DNA from: Oscillospiraceae bacterium
GTDB lineage: Bacteria; Bacillota; Clostridia; Oscillospirales; Oscillospiraceae
Direction of reading: 5' to 3'
DNA length: 59,108 nucleotides
Assembly (NCBI GenBank): GCA_017448145.1
Contig: JAFSMA010000050.1
Location: 1 to 59,108 of the forward strand
Part shown: positions 1 to 9,494 of the stretch, piece by piece
How positions within the stretch are numbered: position 1 is the first letter of the stretch
Layout: each line of letters starts with the position of its first letter
Notes under the pieces: model-generated
Told to the model about the DNA's origin: nothing
The model's input: only the letters and a program-made list of their open reading frames with translations
Databases searched by the model: none
Position numbers and translations under genes: made by a program

Positions 1-186
1 CGACATCTGGGCGATCAGCTCGGCCCGGGAGCGCATTTCGCTGCGGCGCTCGGACACGTTGATGCTGAAGCTCAGGGCGAAGAAGGACACGCCCAGCAGC
101 ACCATGGTCAGCAGCACCATGCCCGCCGTCAGGGCAAACTGCCGCCAATAGAGGCTGTTCAGCGTATTACGGATGCGTTCTTTCAT
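1..186 (-). CDS. Sensor histidine kinase, N-terminal part (runs off window start)
   Basis: ATG at 186 just downstream of the response regulator; translates MKERIRNTLNSLYWRQFALTAGMVLLTMVLLGVSFFALSFS..., a TM helix typical of sensor kinases. Kinase domain not visible. Confidence 0.7.
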   Translation of the reverse strand, partial: MKERIRNTLNSLYWRQFALTAGMVLLTMVLLGVSFFALSFSINVSERRSEMRSRAELIAQMS

Positions 187-192
187 GGGCCG

Positions 193-876
193 TCACTGCC
201 TGACCTCGAACTTATAGCCCACGCCCCAGACGGTTTTCAGCGCCCACTGGTCGGACACGTTCTCCACTTTTTCCCGCAGGCGCTTGATGTGGACATCCAC
301 GGTGCGGCTGTCGCCGAAATAATCGAAGCCCCACACCTCGTCCAGCAGCTGGTTGCGGGTGTAGACCCGGTTGGGAGTGGCGGCCAGGTGGTAGAGCAGC
401 TCCAGCTCCTTGGGGGGCGTGTCCACCTTTTTGCCGTCCACCAGCAGCTCGTAGCTGTCCAGGTTGATCTCCAGCTTGTCGAAGGTCAGCTTCTTGCTGG
501 TGTCGTTGGGGATCTCGCTGCGGCGCAGCACGGCGTTGATGCGGGCCATCAGCTCCTTCATCTCAAAGGGCTTCACCAGATAGTCGTCGGCGCCCCGCTC
601 CAGGCCGGTGATGCGGTCGTCCACGTCGGACTTGGCGGTGAGCATGATGATGGGGGTCTTGGCCTTGCTGCGGATATGGTCGCACACGGCCCAGCCGTCC
701 ATAACGGGCAGCATGATGTCCAGCAGCACCATGTCCGGGGCCTGGGCGTCATACTCCTCCACGGCCTTGCCGCCGTCATAGGCCAGACGGACCTCAAAGC
801 CCTCTTTTTCCAGATACATGCGGAGCAGCTCGGAGATGTTCCGATCGTCCTCCACCACGAGGATGTTGCGTGCCAT
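193..876 (-). CDS. OmpR/PhoB-family response regulator
   Basis: ILVVEDD, LLDIMLP, GADDYLVKPF receiver motifs; C-terminal winged helix (RTVDVHIKRLR, TVWGVGYKF). Confidence 0.95.
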   Translation of the reverse strand: MARNILVVEDDRNISELLRMYLEKEGFEVRLAYDGGKAVEEYDAQAPDMVLLDIMLPVMDGWAVCDHIRSKAKTPIIMLTAKSDVDDRITGLERGADDYLVKPFEMKELMARINAVLRRSEIPNDTSKKLTFDKLEINLDSYELLVDGKKVDTPPKELELLYHLAATPNRVYTRNQLLDEVWGFDYFGDSRTVDVHIKRLREKVENVSDQWALKTVWGVGYKFEVRQ

Positions 877-1003
877 AAGCGATTTACCTCCCTGTCACGC
901 GGAAAATCCGGTATGATTTATCTCTTTATTATATCGGATGGCGGCGGCGTTTCCTGAATAAATTGTAAATTCGCCCCGCTCAACAGGGTATTATAGCACG
1001 GTT

Positions 1004-2017
1004 TTACGGATTTGTATACCCTCCCAGGGTGATGCCGGTGTAGTACCACTGCAAAATCTCCTGCCACGTTTTGCCCTGGCGGGCCAGCTCGTTGGCGCCG
1101 TACTGGCTCATGCCCACGCCGTGGCCGTAGCCGGTGACCCGGAAGGTGACGCTCTCCCCTTCTCTCGCCACGGTGAAGGCGGTGGAGCGCAGGCCGTAGA
1201 GCCGCCGCATCTCCGCCCCGGTGACGGTGACGCCGCCCACGGTGAGGGAGCCCACCCGGCCGGAAGCATCCGCCACGGGGCTGCCCAGCCAGTCGCCGGA
1301 GAAGTCCGCCTCCGGGTGGGCGGCGGTGAAGGTGGCCCGGAAGTCGGCCTCGGACAAGGTTTTGACGCTGTAATAGTTGGGCACGGTGTCCGCCCCCTCG
1401 GGGCTCTCCACGCTGACAAGATAGGGCAGATCCGCCGCCCACACGTCGGCGCAGCGGGCGGTGGTGCCGCCGGAGGAGGAGTGGAACACCGCCATGATGG
1501 GCTGATTATCATAGAGGGCCACCACGCCGTCGGTGGCGGCCACGGCGTCCCGTACCCGCTGGGCCAGGACTTCATACTGGTCGCCCCACTTGGCTTTGGC
1601 CTCCGCCTGGCTCAAATAGGCGCTGCAGCAGCCGGGGTCGTCGCACACGTCCGCCTGGGGGTGACGGGGCTTGCCGCCGGAGCGGATCTGATAGAGAATA
1701 TAGGTGCGCTCCGCCACCGCCTGGGCCGACAGGGCCGCCGTCTCGAAGGAGGGCAGCATCTCCCCCTGCACCACGCAGGGCAGGTACTCCGCCATAGTCA
1801 TGGTCTCCACGGCGCCGTCAATGAGCACGCGAAGGGTAATCTCCTCGTCCCGCGCTCCCACAGGGGCCGCTTCCTCCGCCGGGGCGGGGGCGGCGGCAGT
1901 GACCGCCGGGGCGGGTGGCTCCTCCTGGTTGGCAGGAGCGCTCTCCCCGGCGTGGAGCCAGGTGAGGGCAAAGAGAAGGGCCGTCAGCGCCAGGCCCACG
2001 GTAATGCTCTCTTTCAT
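1004..2017 (-). CDS. spoIID: Stage II sporulation protein D (lytic transglycosylase)
   Basis: EYLPCVVQGEM, AQAVAERTY, FHSSSGG, LPYLVSVES, GYGHGVGMSQYGA, ILQWYY motifs; N-terminal membrane anchor. Confidence 0.92.
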   Translation of the reverse strand: MKESITVGLALTALLFALTWLHAGESAPANQEEPPAPAVTAAAPAPAEEAAPVGARDEEITLRVLIDGAVETMTMAEYLPCVVQGEMLPSFETAALSAQAVAERTYILYQIRSGGKPRHPQADVCDDPGCCSAYLSQAEAKAKWGDQYEVLAQRVRDAVAATDGVVALYDNQPIMAVFHSSSGGTTARCADVWAADLPYLVSVESPEGADTVPNYYSVKTLSEADFRATFTAAHPEADFSGDWLGSPVADASGRVGSLTVGGVTVTGAEMRRLYGLRSTAFTVAREGESVTFRVTGYGHGVGMSQYGANELARQGKTWQEILQWYYTGITLGGYTNP

Positions 2018-2041
2018 ATTCTGTCACATCCTTTCCTCCCC

Positions 2042-2072
2042 ATTGTACGAAACAAGGCGGGAGGAAAAGGAC
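2042..2072 (-). promoter_or_regulatory. Putative sigma-E promoter of spoIID
   Basis: Minus strand GTCCTTT-N16-CGTACAAT resembles the sigma-E consensus; spoIID is sigma-E-dependent in B. subtilis. Confidence 0.45.
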
Positions 2073-2256
2073 AAAGCCTGTCGGCGGCAGAAAGAATGTT
2101 TGCGCGGGATTTAATACATTTTTAATATTTTCTTCCGAACTTTTGTAACATAAGGCGGGTATCTTAATACCTGCAAGAGACAAAACACTTTTTTCATCTA
2201 TCTTCCTACCATTAAAAGCCGAGGGCGTTTCGCCCCCGGCTTTATGGTTTTTATGC

Positions 2257-2312
2257 ATTTCGTGGGTTCACGCCTGCGGGCGCGAAATCTGCGATGCTTT
2301 TTTGACAATCTG
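2257..2312. repeat. Truncated copy of ~200-bp MITE-like repeat (family A)
   Basis: GCGGGCGCGAAATCTGCGATGCTTTTTTGACAATCTG is nearly identical to 58796-58832 and matches 9495-9550 in reverse. Confidence 0.85.
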
Positions 2313-2317
2313 GCTTT

Positions 2318-2767
2318 TTATCGCATTTTTTGGAAGAAGTCGGACAGGACGGCGGCGCAGTCCTCTGCCAGGATGCCGCCCACCAGTTGGGGATGGTGGG
2401 GAAAGTCCTCCATAAAGAGGTTCAGCACGCCGCCGCAGGCCCCCATGGCCCGGTCCCGGGCACCGTAGAACACCCGACGGATGCGGGCGTTGACGATGGC
2501 CCCGGCGCACATGGGACAGGGCTCCAGAGTGACGTACAGATCGCAGTCCTCCAACCGCCAGGAGCCCAGGGCGGCGTTGGCCTGGGCCATGGCCTCCATC
2601 TCCGCGTGGGACGCCACGGACTGCTTCTCCTCCCGGCGGTTGCGGCCCCGGCCGATGACGGCGCCGTCCCTGACGATGACGCAGCCCACCGGCACCTCCC
2701 CTGCCGCGGCGGCCTCCCGGGCCAGGGCCAGGGCCTGGGCCATAAACTGTTGCTGCACGGTTTCCAT
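2318..2767 (-). CDS. tadA: tRNA adenosine(34) deaminase
   Basis: GEVPVGCVIV, HAE, LYVTLEPCPMCAGA Zn-deaminase motifs. Confidence 0.93.
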   Translation of the reverse strand: METVQQQFMAQALALAREAAAAGEVPVGCVIVRDGAVIGRGRNRREEKQSVASHAEMEAMAQANAALGSWRLEDCDLYVTLEPCPMCAGAIVNARIRRVFYGARDRAMGACGGVLNLFMEDFPHHPQLVGGILAEDCAAVLSDFFQKMR

Positions 2768-2794
2768 GGCGGGACGCTCCTTTGACTAAACTCT

Positions 2795-2823
2795 GGCATA
2801 TTTGTCCAAACTACCCGTACAAT
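2795..2823 (+). promoter_or_regulatory. Putative sigma-E promoter of yaaL-bofA
   Basis: GGCATATTT-N12-CGTACAAT; same -10 sequence as the one upstream of spoIID. Confidence 0.5.
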
Positions 2824-2845
2824 AATGGTACAAGGAGGAAGGACT

Positions 2846-3139
2846 ATGCCCCGTAAACGTGACCGGTCTGACCCGGAACTGGCCAGCCTTTTGCAGGAGA
2901 TGGACGGGCTGAGTGAGACCATGAAGGACGCCTACGTGCGCTTTAACTGCGTGGATGACCCGGACCTGATCGAGGCCACCATCTTCGAGATCAACGCCTG
3001 CAAGGCCCGGTACAACTATATTCTGCGGTGCGTCAAGGCCAAAAACGGCGTACCCATGGCCCGGCCCCACGCCGTGCCGGTACCCAAGGTGGCGGTGGCC
3101 GCCGTCAGCACAGAGGGAGGTGACGTATGCCTTACGTAA
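2846..3139 (+). CDS. yaaL: YaaL/DUF2508 family protein
   Basis: AGGAGG RBS; FNCVDDPDLIEATIFEINACKARYNY motif; directly upstream of bofA as in Firmicutes. Confidence 0.8.
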   Translation: MPRKRDRSDPELASLLQEMDGLSETMKDAYVRFNCVDDPDLIEATIFEINACKARYNYILRCVKAKNGVPMARPHAVPVPKVAVAAVSTEGGDVCLT

Positions 3140-3393
3140 CGTGGATCACCGCTGGGGCGGTGGGCCTGTTCCTGCTGCTGGCGGTGGGGCGGCTGGTGAA
3201 GTCGCCGCTAAAGCTCATCGTGCGGGTGGGGGTGAATACCGCCCTGGGCCTTTTCGCCCTGTGGCTGCTCAACATGACCACGCCCTACACCGGGCTTTCC
3301 CTGGGGATGAACTGGTTCAACGCCCTGGCAGTGGGCATTCTGGGCCTGCCGGGGCTGGGATTGCTGTTGCTGGTGCAGTGGGTGCTGCTGTAA
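3127..3393 (+). CDS. bofA: Pro-sigma-K processing inhibitor BofA
   Basis: 88-aa hydrophobic protein ending NWFNALAVGILGLPGLGLLLL; GGGAGG RBS. Confidence 0.88.
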   Translation: MPYVTWITAGAVGLFLLLAVGRLVKSPLKLIVRVGVNTALGLFALWLLNMTTPYTGLSLGMNWFNALAVGILGLPGLGLLLLVQWVLL

Positions 3394-3396
3394 ACG

Positions 3397-4404
3397 TCAG
3401 TTGAACCGCACCACACGGTGGGCTACCTTGTAGAGGGCCCGGACGAAGGCGGCGCCGCCCTTGCCGGGGACGGAGGCCAGGCGCAGCACAATTTCCCGGT
3501 GGAACCGCTCCGCCCACACCGCGTCGTATGCCCGGCAGGCCCGCCACATCTCCGCCAGGTCACGCTCCGCCTGGGCGGTGCCGTTGAGGCGGGCATAGAG
3601 GACGGAGATGGCCAGCATGATGAACAGCTCGTGGCGGCAGTAGCTGCGCTGGCGCCTCTCCGGCAGGTCGTCCAGATGATAGGACGTGAAGCACAGCTCC
3701 GTGGCCTTGAGCTGGTGGGCGTACCGGCGGGTCATCACGTCCTCCTGGACGCTCTGGCCGCTCCGGCCGATGAAGTAGCGATATAAGTCCAGATCCATGT
3801 AATACATCCGCCGGGCATGGCGGAGGTTGCCGTAGACCATGTAGTTGTCCTCATAAAAAGTATGCTTGGGCATCTGCAAGCTGGTCTGCTGCAGCATCTC
3901 GGTGCGGAAGGTGCAGGTGTGGATCATGAGGATCTGATCCAGGCGGAAGGGGCGGGTCTCGTCCCAGGTGAACACCCGGCCCTGGGGCAGGGCGTTGGAG
4001 AAATTGATGGAGCGGTTGCCCTTGCCGTCGGCGTGCTCATAATAGTAATTGGTAAGGAAAAGATCCACGCCGCCCTGGCGCTCCACCGCCTCCAGCGTGT
4101 CTAAAAAACGGGGGAAATCCAACAGCCAGTCGTCGCTGTCCACCGTTTTAAAATACGTGCCGGTGGCCCGGGCCAGGCCCTGATTGATGCCCTCGCCGTG
4201 GCCGCCGTTTTCCTGGTGGACGGCCTTGACCATGGAGGGGTAGGCCGCCGCGTAGCGATCCGCGATTTCTCCGGTGCGGTCGGTGGAGCCGTCGTCGATG
4301 ATGATGATCTCCACCCGCTCGCCGCCGGTGAGCAGGCTGTCGATGCACTTTTCCATGTAGTCCTGGGAGTTGTAGCACGGCACCGTAACCGTAAGGAGTT
4401 TCAT
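3397..4404 (-). CDS. Glycosyltransferase family 2
   Basis: LTVTVPCYN, IIDDGSTD, ENGGHG, VDSDD (DxD) motifs. Confidence 0.92.
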   Translation of the reverse strand: MKLLTVTVPCYNSQDYMEKCIDSLLTGGERVEIIIIDDGSTDRTGEIADRYAAAYPSMVKAVHQENGGHGEGINQGLARATGTYFKTVDSDDWLLDFPRFLDTLEAVERQGGVDLFLTNYYYEHADGKGNRSINFSNALPQGRVFTWDETRPFRLDQILMIHTCTFRTEMLQQTSLQMPKHTFYEDNYMVYGNLRHARRMYYMDLDLYRYFIGRSGQSVQEDVMTRRYAHQLKATELCFTSYHLDDLPERRQRSYCRHELFIMLAISVLYARLNGTAQAERDLAEMWRACRAYDAVWAERFHREIVLRLASVPGKGGAAFVRALYKVAHRVVRFN

Positions 4405-4580
4405 GATGTTTTCCTCTATCTATCCGTGATTTGCGCTTGCCCCGGGGAGGCCCGGGAGATGATGACAATAACGGTGCCCTCCGGGCCTTCTGCGTTCCTT
4501 TTGGCAGGAGGCACGGAGGGCTGTATTTCATTGTATTACATTTTTTTCGACATGTCCAGCGCCGAAATAGGCGCGGGCGG

Positions 4581-7007
4581 TCACACCAGCTCTTTTTGCC
4601 GCCGGGCGCGCTTGCGCTGCCGGAAAAAGCCTGCCGCCAGCTTGCCCAGGCCCTTGCAAAGGCCCAGGGCGTGGCCGTTGACGATATCCAGAATGCCGTC
4701 GCACATCTCCTGGGACACCAGGCCACCCGCCATCTTGCCGATGGCCCGGATGGGCATATTGTAGGTGAAGGTGATGTTCAGATCCGGCTCGCCCTTTTCG
4801 ATGCTCTTGCGAAGCATGGCGTCCATGACCTTCCAGACAAGGCGGGCTTTCAGGCTCTTGGCATAATAAAGCTGGGCGATGGCGTCGTTGGGCTGGATGG
4901 TGCCGGCCCAGCGGCCGTCGGGGATCTCATGGCCCAGCAGGGCGGCAAACTCCTGGTCGGACACGGCTTTGATGTTGCCGCTGACGTAGCTGGGCAGGCG
5001 GGACAAATCCTCGCAGGCAGGGGCACCGGTGCCCGCCACGGTGACGGTGCCGGACAAGCGTACGTCCGCCACGCTGGCGCCAATCTGAATCTCATAGTCG
5101 CCGCCGTCCACCTCGAAGCGGTCGGTGACGCTGTTCCAGTACCGGAAGGCCTTGTCGTCCAGAGGAATGGTGACGGTCTTGCTCTCCCCTGCCTTCAAAA
5201 ACACCTTTTGGAAGCCTTTCAGCTCTTTATGGGGGCGGTAGACCGTGGGGTTCACGGCATGGACGTAGAGCTGGGCCACCTCGGCGCCGTCTCTGTGGCC
5301 GGTGTTGGTGAGGGTGAAGGTGGCGGCCTTGTCAGAGAGCCGCAAATCGCTGTAGGCAAAGGTGGTGTAGCTCAGGCCGAAGCCAAAGGGGAACAGGACG
5401 GGGACGCGGGCGGTGTCGTAGTAGCGGTAGCCCACGTAGAGGCCCTCCCGGTACTCCACATTGCGCTCTTTCGCCGGGAAGTAGGGGGCGGAGGAGCAGT
5501 CCTCATACCGGAGGGGGTAGCTCTCGGACAGCTTGCCGGAGGGGTTGACCTCACCCAGCAGCACCCGCAGCACGGCAGAGGCACCGGCCTGGCCGCACAG
5601 GTAGCCGTGTACCAGGGCACGGCACCGGTCCAGCCAGGGCATCTCGATGCTGGAGCCGGCGGAGAGCACCACGATCACGTTGGGGTTGGCGCCGGAGACG
5701 GCTTGCAGCGTCTCGATCTGGCACGGGGGGATGGCGAGGGTGGCGCGGTCCAGGCCCTCGCTTTCGCTGATTTCATCCAGGCCCAGGTACAGCAGCACGT
5801 AATCCGCCTGTCCAGCAAGGTCGGCGGCCTGGCGCATCATGGCCGGGTCAGGCGCGCCGTGGCGGGGATAGCCGGGGGCAAAGCCCACCACGTTCAGGTC
5901 GAAGTGACCGATCACGTCCATGGTGTTGTCAAGCCTGGTGCAGTTGACCACGGAAGAACCGGCGCCCTGGTAGCGGGCCTTTTGGGCGAACTCGCCGATG
6001 ACCGCCACCCGGCTGCCGCGTTTCAGGGGCAGAATGTTGTCCTCGTTTTTCAGCAGGACGATGCTCTGTTCGCTGGCCCTTTGGGCAAAGGCGTGGTGGG
6101 CGTCCACGTCAAAGGGCTTGCCCTTGAGGCCGTCCACGGCCTTACGGGTGGAGAGCACCACGTCCAGCAGCTCGTCTACCCGCACGTCCACCTCCTCCTC
6201 GCTGATGCGGCCCTCGTAGATGGCCTGCATCAGCTGGTGGGGGCTGTCGCCGCCGGTGGAGGGCATCTCCAGATGGGAGCCGGCCCGGACGCCGTCCACA
6301 AAGTCGTTGCAGGCGCCCCAGTCGGACACCACGAAGCCGTCGAAGCCCCAGGTGTCCCGGAGGATTTTTTGGAGAAGGTGCTCATTTTCGTTGGCGTAGG
6401 TGCCGTTGACCATGTTATAGGAGGACATGATGGCCTTGGGGTGGCCCTCGGTGACGGCGATTTCAAAATTGGTGAGGTAGATCTCCCGCAGCGTGCGCTG
6501 GTCCACCACGGAGTTGGAGGCCATGCGGCGCAGCTCCGTATTGTTGGCGGCGAAGTGCTTGGGGCAGGCGGAGACGCCGTTTTTCTGGATGCCACGGATG
6601 TAACCGGCGGCCATTTTGCCCGCCAGATAGGGATCCTCGGAGAAATATTCAAAGTTTCTGCCGCAGAAGGGGCTGCGCTTGATGTTGAGGCCGGGGCCCA
6701 GCAACACGCACACGTCCTGGCTGGCGGCCTCCTCCCCCAGCAGCTCGCCCAGGGCCTCCCCCAGGGCGGGGTCCCAGGAGTTGGCCATGGTGGCGGCGGT
6801 GGGATAGCAGGTGGCAGGCAGGGAGCCGTTAAGGCCCAGCTGGTCGCCGGCGCCCTCCTGCTTGCGAACGCCGTGGGGGCCGTCGGACAGGGTGATGCTG
6901 TCGATACCCAGCCGCTTGACGCTCTGGGTCTGCCAGAAGTCACGGCCCGACAGCAGGTGACATTTTTCCTCTAAGGTGAGCTGAGAAACCAAATCAGCGT
7001 GCTTCAT
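4581..7007 (-). CDS. GH3 beta-glucosidase with C-terminal Fn3-like domain
   Basis: SDGPHGVR, GRNFEYFSEDP, KHFAAN, VVSDW nucleophile, FPFGFGLSYT, ELKGFQKV. Confidence 0.95.
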   Translation of the reverse strand: MKHADLVSQLTLEEKCHLLSGRDFWQTQSVKRLGIDSITLSDGPHGVRKQEGAGDQLGLNGSLPATCYPTAATMANSWDPALGEALGELLGEEAASQDVCVLLGPGLNIKRSPFCGRNFEYFSEDPYLAGKMAAGYIRGIQKNGVSACPKHFAANNTELRRMASNSVVDQRTLREIYLTNFEIAVTEGHPKAIMSSYNMVNGTYANENEHLLQKILRDTWGFDGFVVSDWGACNDFVDGVRAGSHLEMPSTGGDSPHQLMQAIYEGRISEEEVDVRVDELLDVVLSTRKAVDGLKGKPFDVDAHHAFAQRASEQSIVLLKNEDNILPLKRGSRVAVIGEFAQKARYQGAGSSVVNCTRLDNTMDVIGHFDLNVVGFAPGYPRHGAPDPAMMRQAADLAGQADYVLLYLGLDEISESEGLDRATLAIPPCQIETLQAVSGANPNVIVVLSAGSSIEMPWLDRCRALVHGYLCGQAGASAVLRVLLGEVNPSGKLSESYPLRYEDCSSAPYFPAKERNVEYREGLYVGYRYYDTARVPVLFPFGFGLSYTTFAYSDLRLSDKAATFTLTNTGHRDGAEVAQLYVHAVNPTVYRPHKELKGFQKVFLKAGESKTVTIPLDDKAFRYWNSVTDRFEVDGGDYEIQIGASVADVRLSGTVTVAGTGAPACEDLSRLPSYVSGNIKAVSDQEFAALLGHEIPDGRWAGTIQPNDAIAQLYYAKSLKARLVWKVMDAMLRKSIEKGEPDLNITFTYNMPIRAIGKMAGGLVSQEMCDGILDIVNGHALGLCKGLGKLAAGFFRQRKRARRQKELV

Positions 7008-7022
7008 GTCTCTTTCCTCCCT

Positions 7023-8072
7023 TTATTCTCCAAAGGCGGCCCACAGGAAGTCGGCCACCCGGCTGAGCTGCGCATCGGTAAACAGACGGTCGTCGGCGTG
7101 CTTGCACCGGGGCACCAGCCACAGGGTGGCGTTCTCGCCGTTTGCCGTCAGGGCGTCATACAGCTCCACCGATTGCAGGTGGGACACGGTGATGTCCGCG
7201 TCGCCGTGGACCAGCAGGGTGCGCATGGTGGGGTTGCCGTTCTCCTGCCGCATTGCCCGCTGCAGCGGGCTGGCCTCCACCGTCTCCGCCACGCCCCAGT
7301 CGGCGTAATTCTTACGGAACCACAGCTCCTCCAGGCTGCCGTACTCCCCCAGCACGTCGTTGGCCCAGCCGTTGGCCACGGTGGGGATCCAGGACACCAG
7401 GCCCTCCTGGGCGAAGTTCTGCCGCTGGGTCACAAAGTCGATGCAGCCGTAGTAGTCCACCAGGGCGTCAAAGGCGGGCATGGGGAACCGCTCCTCGGCC
7501 GTCTCGCCGAGGCAGAGGGTATCCGAGAAGGCGTCGGGGGCGGAGAGGGCCGCCATGGCGGCGAGATACCCGCCGGCGGACTCGCCCCACACGGCGATGC
7601 GCTGGCCGTCGAAGCCGTACTGGTCGGCATTGTGGCACAGGAAGCGGACGGCGGCCTTCACGTCCTCGGTGGCGGCGGGGTAGGCCGCCTCGGTGGACAG
7701 GCGGTAGTTGACGCTGGCGCAGGCAAAGCCGTGGTCACGGAAATAGCGGTACATAAACTGGGCCTGGCGGGACTGTGCGTCGTTGAAGGCGAAGCCGCCG
7801 CCGTGAATCAGCACGAAAAGGGGCGGATTGGCCTCCCCCTCCGGCACGTACAGGTCCACATACTGGGCGTCGGAGTCATTGGCGTAGGCCAGACGCTCGT
7901 AGGTCATCCCCCCTGTCCATTCCGTGGATTCATCCATGGGCAGCGTGGGGGCAAACACATTGCACCACACCTGGCGCACGGTGTAGCGATTGACCACCAG
8001 CACCACGGCCACGAGGATAACCAGGGCGGGCAGCAGATAGCGCCAAACGGGTCTTTTCTTCTTGTTTTCCAT
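7023..8072 (-). CDS. Membrane-anchored alpha/beta hydrolase (HSL-like esterase)
   Basis: N-terminal TM segment; HGGGF oxyanion motif, GESAG nucleophile, HGDAD. Confidence 0.88.
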   Translation of the reverse strand: MENKKKRPVWRYLLPALVILVAVVLVVNRYTVRQVWCNVFAPTLPMDESTEWTGGMTYERLAYANDSDAQYVDLYVPEGEANPPLFVLIHGGGFAFNDAQSRQAQFMYRYFRDHGFACASVNYRLSTEAAYPAATEDVKAAVRFLCHNADQYGFDGQRIAVWGESAGGYLAAMAALSAPDAFSDTLCLGETAEERFPMPAFDALVDYYGCIDFVTQRQNFAQEGLVSWIPTVANGWANDVLGEYGSLEELWFRKNYADWGVAETVEASPLQRAMRQENGNPTMRTLLVHGDADITVSHLQSVELYDALTANGENATLWLVPRCKHADDRLFTDAQLSRVADFLWAAFGE

Positions 8073-8086
8073 AGAAATGCCCTCCG

Positions 8087-9373
8087 TTAAAAGACTTTTT
8101 GCAGGAAATGATAGAGAGACAGGTGCCAGTGGCCGATGGAATGGTACCGCATGGGGAAAATGTCAAAGTCGGTGTTGACCCCCGCGATGAGCCGGGGCTC
8201 CAGGTCGCACAGCATACGGTAGCCGGGGATCATATAGGGGGTGGCAAAGTCGAAGTTGCCGGTGGTGGCGTAGAGGTAGTCGATGGGCAGGGACTGCCAA
8301 GCCGGGGACTGGATGGTCTGGCGGAGGTAGTCCTCGGTGGTGCGGAAGGAGCTGAACAGGCCGAAGGAGGCGAAGTAGTCCAGGCTGCCGCAGAGGGCGG
8401 CGTTGGCGGTGGTGACGGCGCCACGGGACAATCCCGCAAAGGCCCGGTGGTGGCGGGAGGCAGCAAAGCCGGCGTCATCCGCCGTCTCGGCCCAGGTGGC
8501 GTATTTCGTCTCCACGGCGGGCATCAGGTCGTTGCGCAGCTCCTCCCGGAAGGAGTAGGTGAGGATGTCCAGGCTGCTGTCCATGCCGTCATTTTCCACG
8601 TAGAAGGTGGGGGTGACCACGATCAGCGGCTCGATCTCCCCCTGGGCAATCATCCGATCCAGCATGGTCTTATTGTCGGCATGGGTTTGGAGCCAGTAGT
8701 TCTCGTCGTCGCCGGTGCCGTGCATCAGGTAGAGGATGTTATAGTGGCCCTCCGGGTCGTAGCCGTAGGGCAGGTACACCAGGGCCCGCTTGGTGACGGG
8801 GCGGGAGTCGGTGGCGTAGGCCTTCGTGTCATAGACAAGCTCCTCCACCGTGCCCGCCTCCGGTATATCGCCGGTGTCGAATTTTTCCGGCACCGCCCAG
8901 AGGGTGTGCTTGGCGTGGCCATCCCAGGCCCGGTCGGCGGCGGTGTTGGTGTGCCAGACCCAGCAAACGGCGGCGATGAGCAGCGCCAGCAGCGCCAGGG
9001 GCACCACCGCCACGCGGCCCACCGGCAAGCGGGCGCGAAGCATCCACGCGCTGCCCGCCACGGCCCAGACGGCGGCCAGGATGCCCTGGACGAGAATCAG
9101 CGCGGCGAAATGGGTGGTCTCGCCGTAGTTGAGGAAGCTGTTGAGCACGATGCCGCCTGCCGCCACCAGCGCCAGCAAGAAGGGCATACGCCCCTGCCGC
9201 GCCGCCCAGGCCATGAGCAGCAGCAGCGCCTCCAGCCCGAGGGCCGTCAGCGCCATGGCGGCGGAGCCCAGGCGGAGATACAGCGCCGTCTGCACGGCGC
9301 CCAGCAGACACAGCGCCAGAAAAACGCCCAGATCCACGCGGTCAAACAGTGTGACGCGCTTATCATCGTTCAT
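8087..9373 (-). CDS. Esterase (CE1-like) fused to an N-terminal multi-TM domain
   Basis: Start MNDDKR; about 5 hydrophobic helices, then VYLPYGY, LYLMHG, AGLSRGA (GxSxG), C-terminal His. Confidence 0.8.
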   Translation of the reverse strand: MNDDKRVTLFDRVDLGVFLALCLLGAVQTALYLRLGSAAMALTALGLEALLLLMAWAARQGRMPFLLALVAAGGIVLNSFLNYGETTHFAALILVQGILAAVWAVAGSAWMLRARLPVGRVAVVPLALLALLIAAVCWVWHTNTAADRAWDGHAKHTLWAVPEKFDTGDIPEAGTVEELVYDTKAYATDSRPVTKRALVYLPYGYDPEGHYNILYLMHGTGDDENYWLQTHADNKTMLDRMIAQGEIEPLIVVTPTFYVENDGMDSSLDILTYSFREELRNDLMPAVETKYATWAETADDAGFAASRHHRAFAGLSRGAVTTANAALCGSLDYFASFGLFSSFRTTEDYLRQTIQSPAWQSLPIDYLYATTGNFDFATPYMIPGYRMLCDLEPRLIAGVNTDFDIFPMRYHSIGHWHLSLYHFLQKVF

Positions 9374-9494
9374 TTTCGTTTCCCTCGCATCCCATAAAAT
9401 CAAATCACATAAAGCGGCGGGCGGGCTTCGCCCGCTCCTTTGCGTCATTTGGGTGGCATTTGAAAATACGGCGGCAGCATGGCGCTGCCGCCGT

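Noticed and set aside
2100-2250. AT-rich gap between spoIID and tadA as an RNA gene
   Set aside because: No tRNA or known ncRNA structure; contains only a terminator-like hairpin near 2214-2244.
4431-6974. 847-aa plus-strand ORF (also 27178-29775, 47282-50272, 51939-54242 and similar)
   Set aside because: Antisense shadows of well-supported genes; high GC3 suppresses stop codons on the opposite strand; no RBS or motifs.
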